In this document: positions 54,348 through 55,356 of the stretch, piece after piece
Numbering within the stretch: position 1 is the first letter of the stretch
Layout: every line of letters begins with the position of its first letter
Source: an uncultured Gammaproteobacteria bacterium
GTDB taxonomy: Bacteria > Patescibacteriota > Microgenomatia > Levybacterales > UBA12049
Reading direction: 5' to 3'
Length of the DNA: 55,356 nt
Assembly (NCBI GenBank): GCA_964637955.1
Contig: CAZWXQ010000007.1
Location: 1 to 55,356 of the forward strand
Notes under the pieces: generated by a model
Databases searched by the model: none
What the model was told of the DNA's origin: nothing
The model's input: only the letters and a program-made list of their open reading frames with translations
Translations under genes and position numbers: made by a program

Positions 54348-55270
54348 TTTTTTTTTGGCATCAATATTTTTAATGCTTTTGGTGCTATTTCAATATCCAC
54401 TGGAGTTTCTCCAATAGTCTCTGCATCTACATGAACAGGTAGCGGAGCGCTTGATGAAATAGAAATTTTACTCACATGAATGTTCTTAATATCTGTATAA
54501 ATTTCTTTTTTTACAATCGTATTTAAACCTTTTAAGAAAATTCCAGGAAAAACATTTCCTTTCATTATTACTACATCAAATAATCCATCATCGAGCTTAG
54601 AATCTTCTGAAATTTTAAAATACTTAGCATAAAGTTTACCATTACTTACAATTATTTGGTTTACTTTTTCGCTAATTAATTTATCATTAAATCTTATTTC
54701 AGATTGAACAGAGGAGAATTTAAATGTTGTTGAAATAGCAGATGAAATCCATTTTAGGAAATTAATATATTTTCCAAAATAAATATCTTTTGGAGATTTT
54801 TTTGATGAGGTAATTGATGCATCAAGTCCCACGCCGCACCACATCAGAAAATATCTGGAAGGATATCTTTTTAATTTAACTATTCCTAAATCAATTTTCC
54901 TAACTTCACTGTCCAGTAAAACTTGAGTAGCAAGCAGAAATGATTTTGAAGTAAATGTGCGGAATGTAGGGATACCAATTTCTTTTGCAAACACATTTGC
55001 GGTGCCAGTGGGGATGACTCCAAGAGTAGAATCAGAATTGGCAAGCCCATTTACGACTTCATTTATAGTTCCATCTCCACCGACTGCTATTACTAGATCG
55101 GATTTTTCTTTTACTGCTTTCTTGGCAAATATTTTGGCGTCACCGGCTTCAATGGTGGTAAATTCTGAAACTTCATAGCCATTTTTTGTTAATAAATTTT
55201 TTGATGATTCAAGGGAAATTTCAGAAGTGCCAAGGCCTGATTTGGGATTTACTATCAAGCAAGCTTTCAT
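54344..55270 (-). CDS. diacylglycerol-kinase-family lipid kinase (YegS/BmrU-like)
   Basis: VIAVGGDGTINEVVNGL and GTANVFA motifs. Overlaps the topA stop by 4 nt. Confidence 0.8.
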   Translation of the reverse strand: MKACLIVNPKSGLGTSEISLESSKNLLTKNGYEVSEFTTIEAGDAKIFAKKAVKEKSDLVIAVGGDGTINEVVNGLANSDSTLGVIPTGTANVFAKEIGIPTFRTFTSKSFLLATQVLLDSEVRKIDLGIVKLKRYPSRYFLMWCGVGLDASITSSKKSPKDIYFGKYINFLKWISSAISTTFKFSSVQSEIRFNDKLISEKVNQIIVSNGKLYAKYFKISEDSKLDDGLFDVVIMKGNVFPGIFLKGLNTIVKKEIYTDIKNIHVSKISISSSAPLPVHVDAETIGETPVDIEIAPKALKILMPKKN

Positions 55271-55277
55271 TTATGTT

Positions 55278-55306
55278 AGTATTTCAAACAGAAGCAGCCA
55301 TGTCAA
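55278..55306 (-). promoter_or_regulatory. promoter TTGACA-N17-AATACT, 7 nt before ATG 55270
   Basis: Minus strand reads TTGACATGGCTGCTTCTGTTTGAAATACTAACATAAATG. Confidence 0.5.
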
Positions 55307-55356
55307 TTAAATGTACTGGCTGACCACATCGGTAAGACTTTGAAGAAGTTATCTTG

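Noticed and set aside
1-55356. Alternative genetic code (UGA recoding, as in some candidate phyla)
   Set aside because: Conserved genes (topA, PBP2, the 1064-aa carboxylase, PL8) are full length and uninterrupted under the standard bacterial code. The only suspicious in-frame stop, at 8532, is TAA in an orphan gene.
1-55356. CRISPR arrays, transposases, integrases, rRNA genes, reverse transcriptase/DGR repeats
   Set aside because: None found. The only multi-copy elements are the ~30-nt box, the 33-nt mrdA-end duplication, the coding tandem repeats and the 9-12-nt island flanks. None has CRISPR-like regular spacing or template/variable-repeat structure.

Overview
Low-GC bacterial chromosome segment (roughly 25-40% GC by hand counts). 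It looks like an uncultivated, reduced-genome lineage, possibly CPR/Patescibacteria-like, but that is inference only. Housekeeping genes are secE-nusG, rplK-rplA, rpmG, rpmB, four tRNAs, galU, prs, upp, def-fmt, mreB/mreCD/PBP2, dprA and topA. They are interleaved with many lineage-specific genes. Most notable: (1) a ~2.6 kb, ~60% GC LemA-TPM-TPM cassette at 16.7-19.25 kb with its own terminator, flanked by a short direct repeat. It is either very recent horizontal transfer or an assembly chimera. (2) A minus-strand array at 23.8-28.5 kb beside tRNA-Trp, in which unrelated orphan genes each carry a near-identical promoter and conserved ~30-nt box. (3) Two tandem paralogs after PBP2 (46.7-50.1 kb) with a caspase-like His/Cys dyad. 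A duplicated copy of the PBP2 3' end, which contains the promoter, separates them. (4) A birA / atypical carrier / fused biotin-carboxylase-carboxyltransferase operon. (5) A cohesin-dockerin-like secreted set headed by a PL8 polysaccharide lyase (1-6.7 kb). (6) Many genes have TTGACA-N17/18-TAnAnT placed 6-8 nt before the start codon, implying leaderless mRNAs. Several orphan proteins also begin M-[P/T/N]-E. No CRISPR array, transposase, integrase or rRNA was seen. All functional calls come from motif recognition by eye, with no database search.
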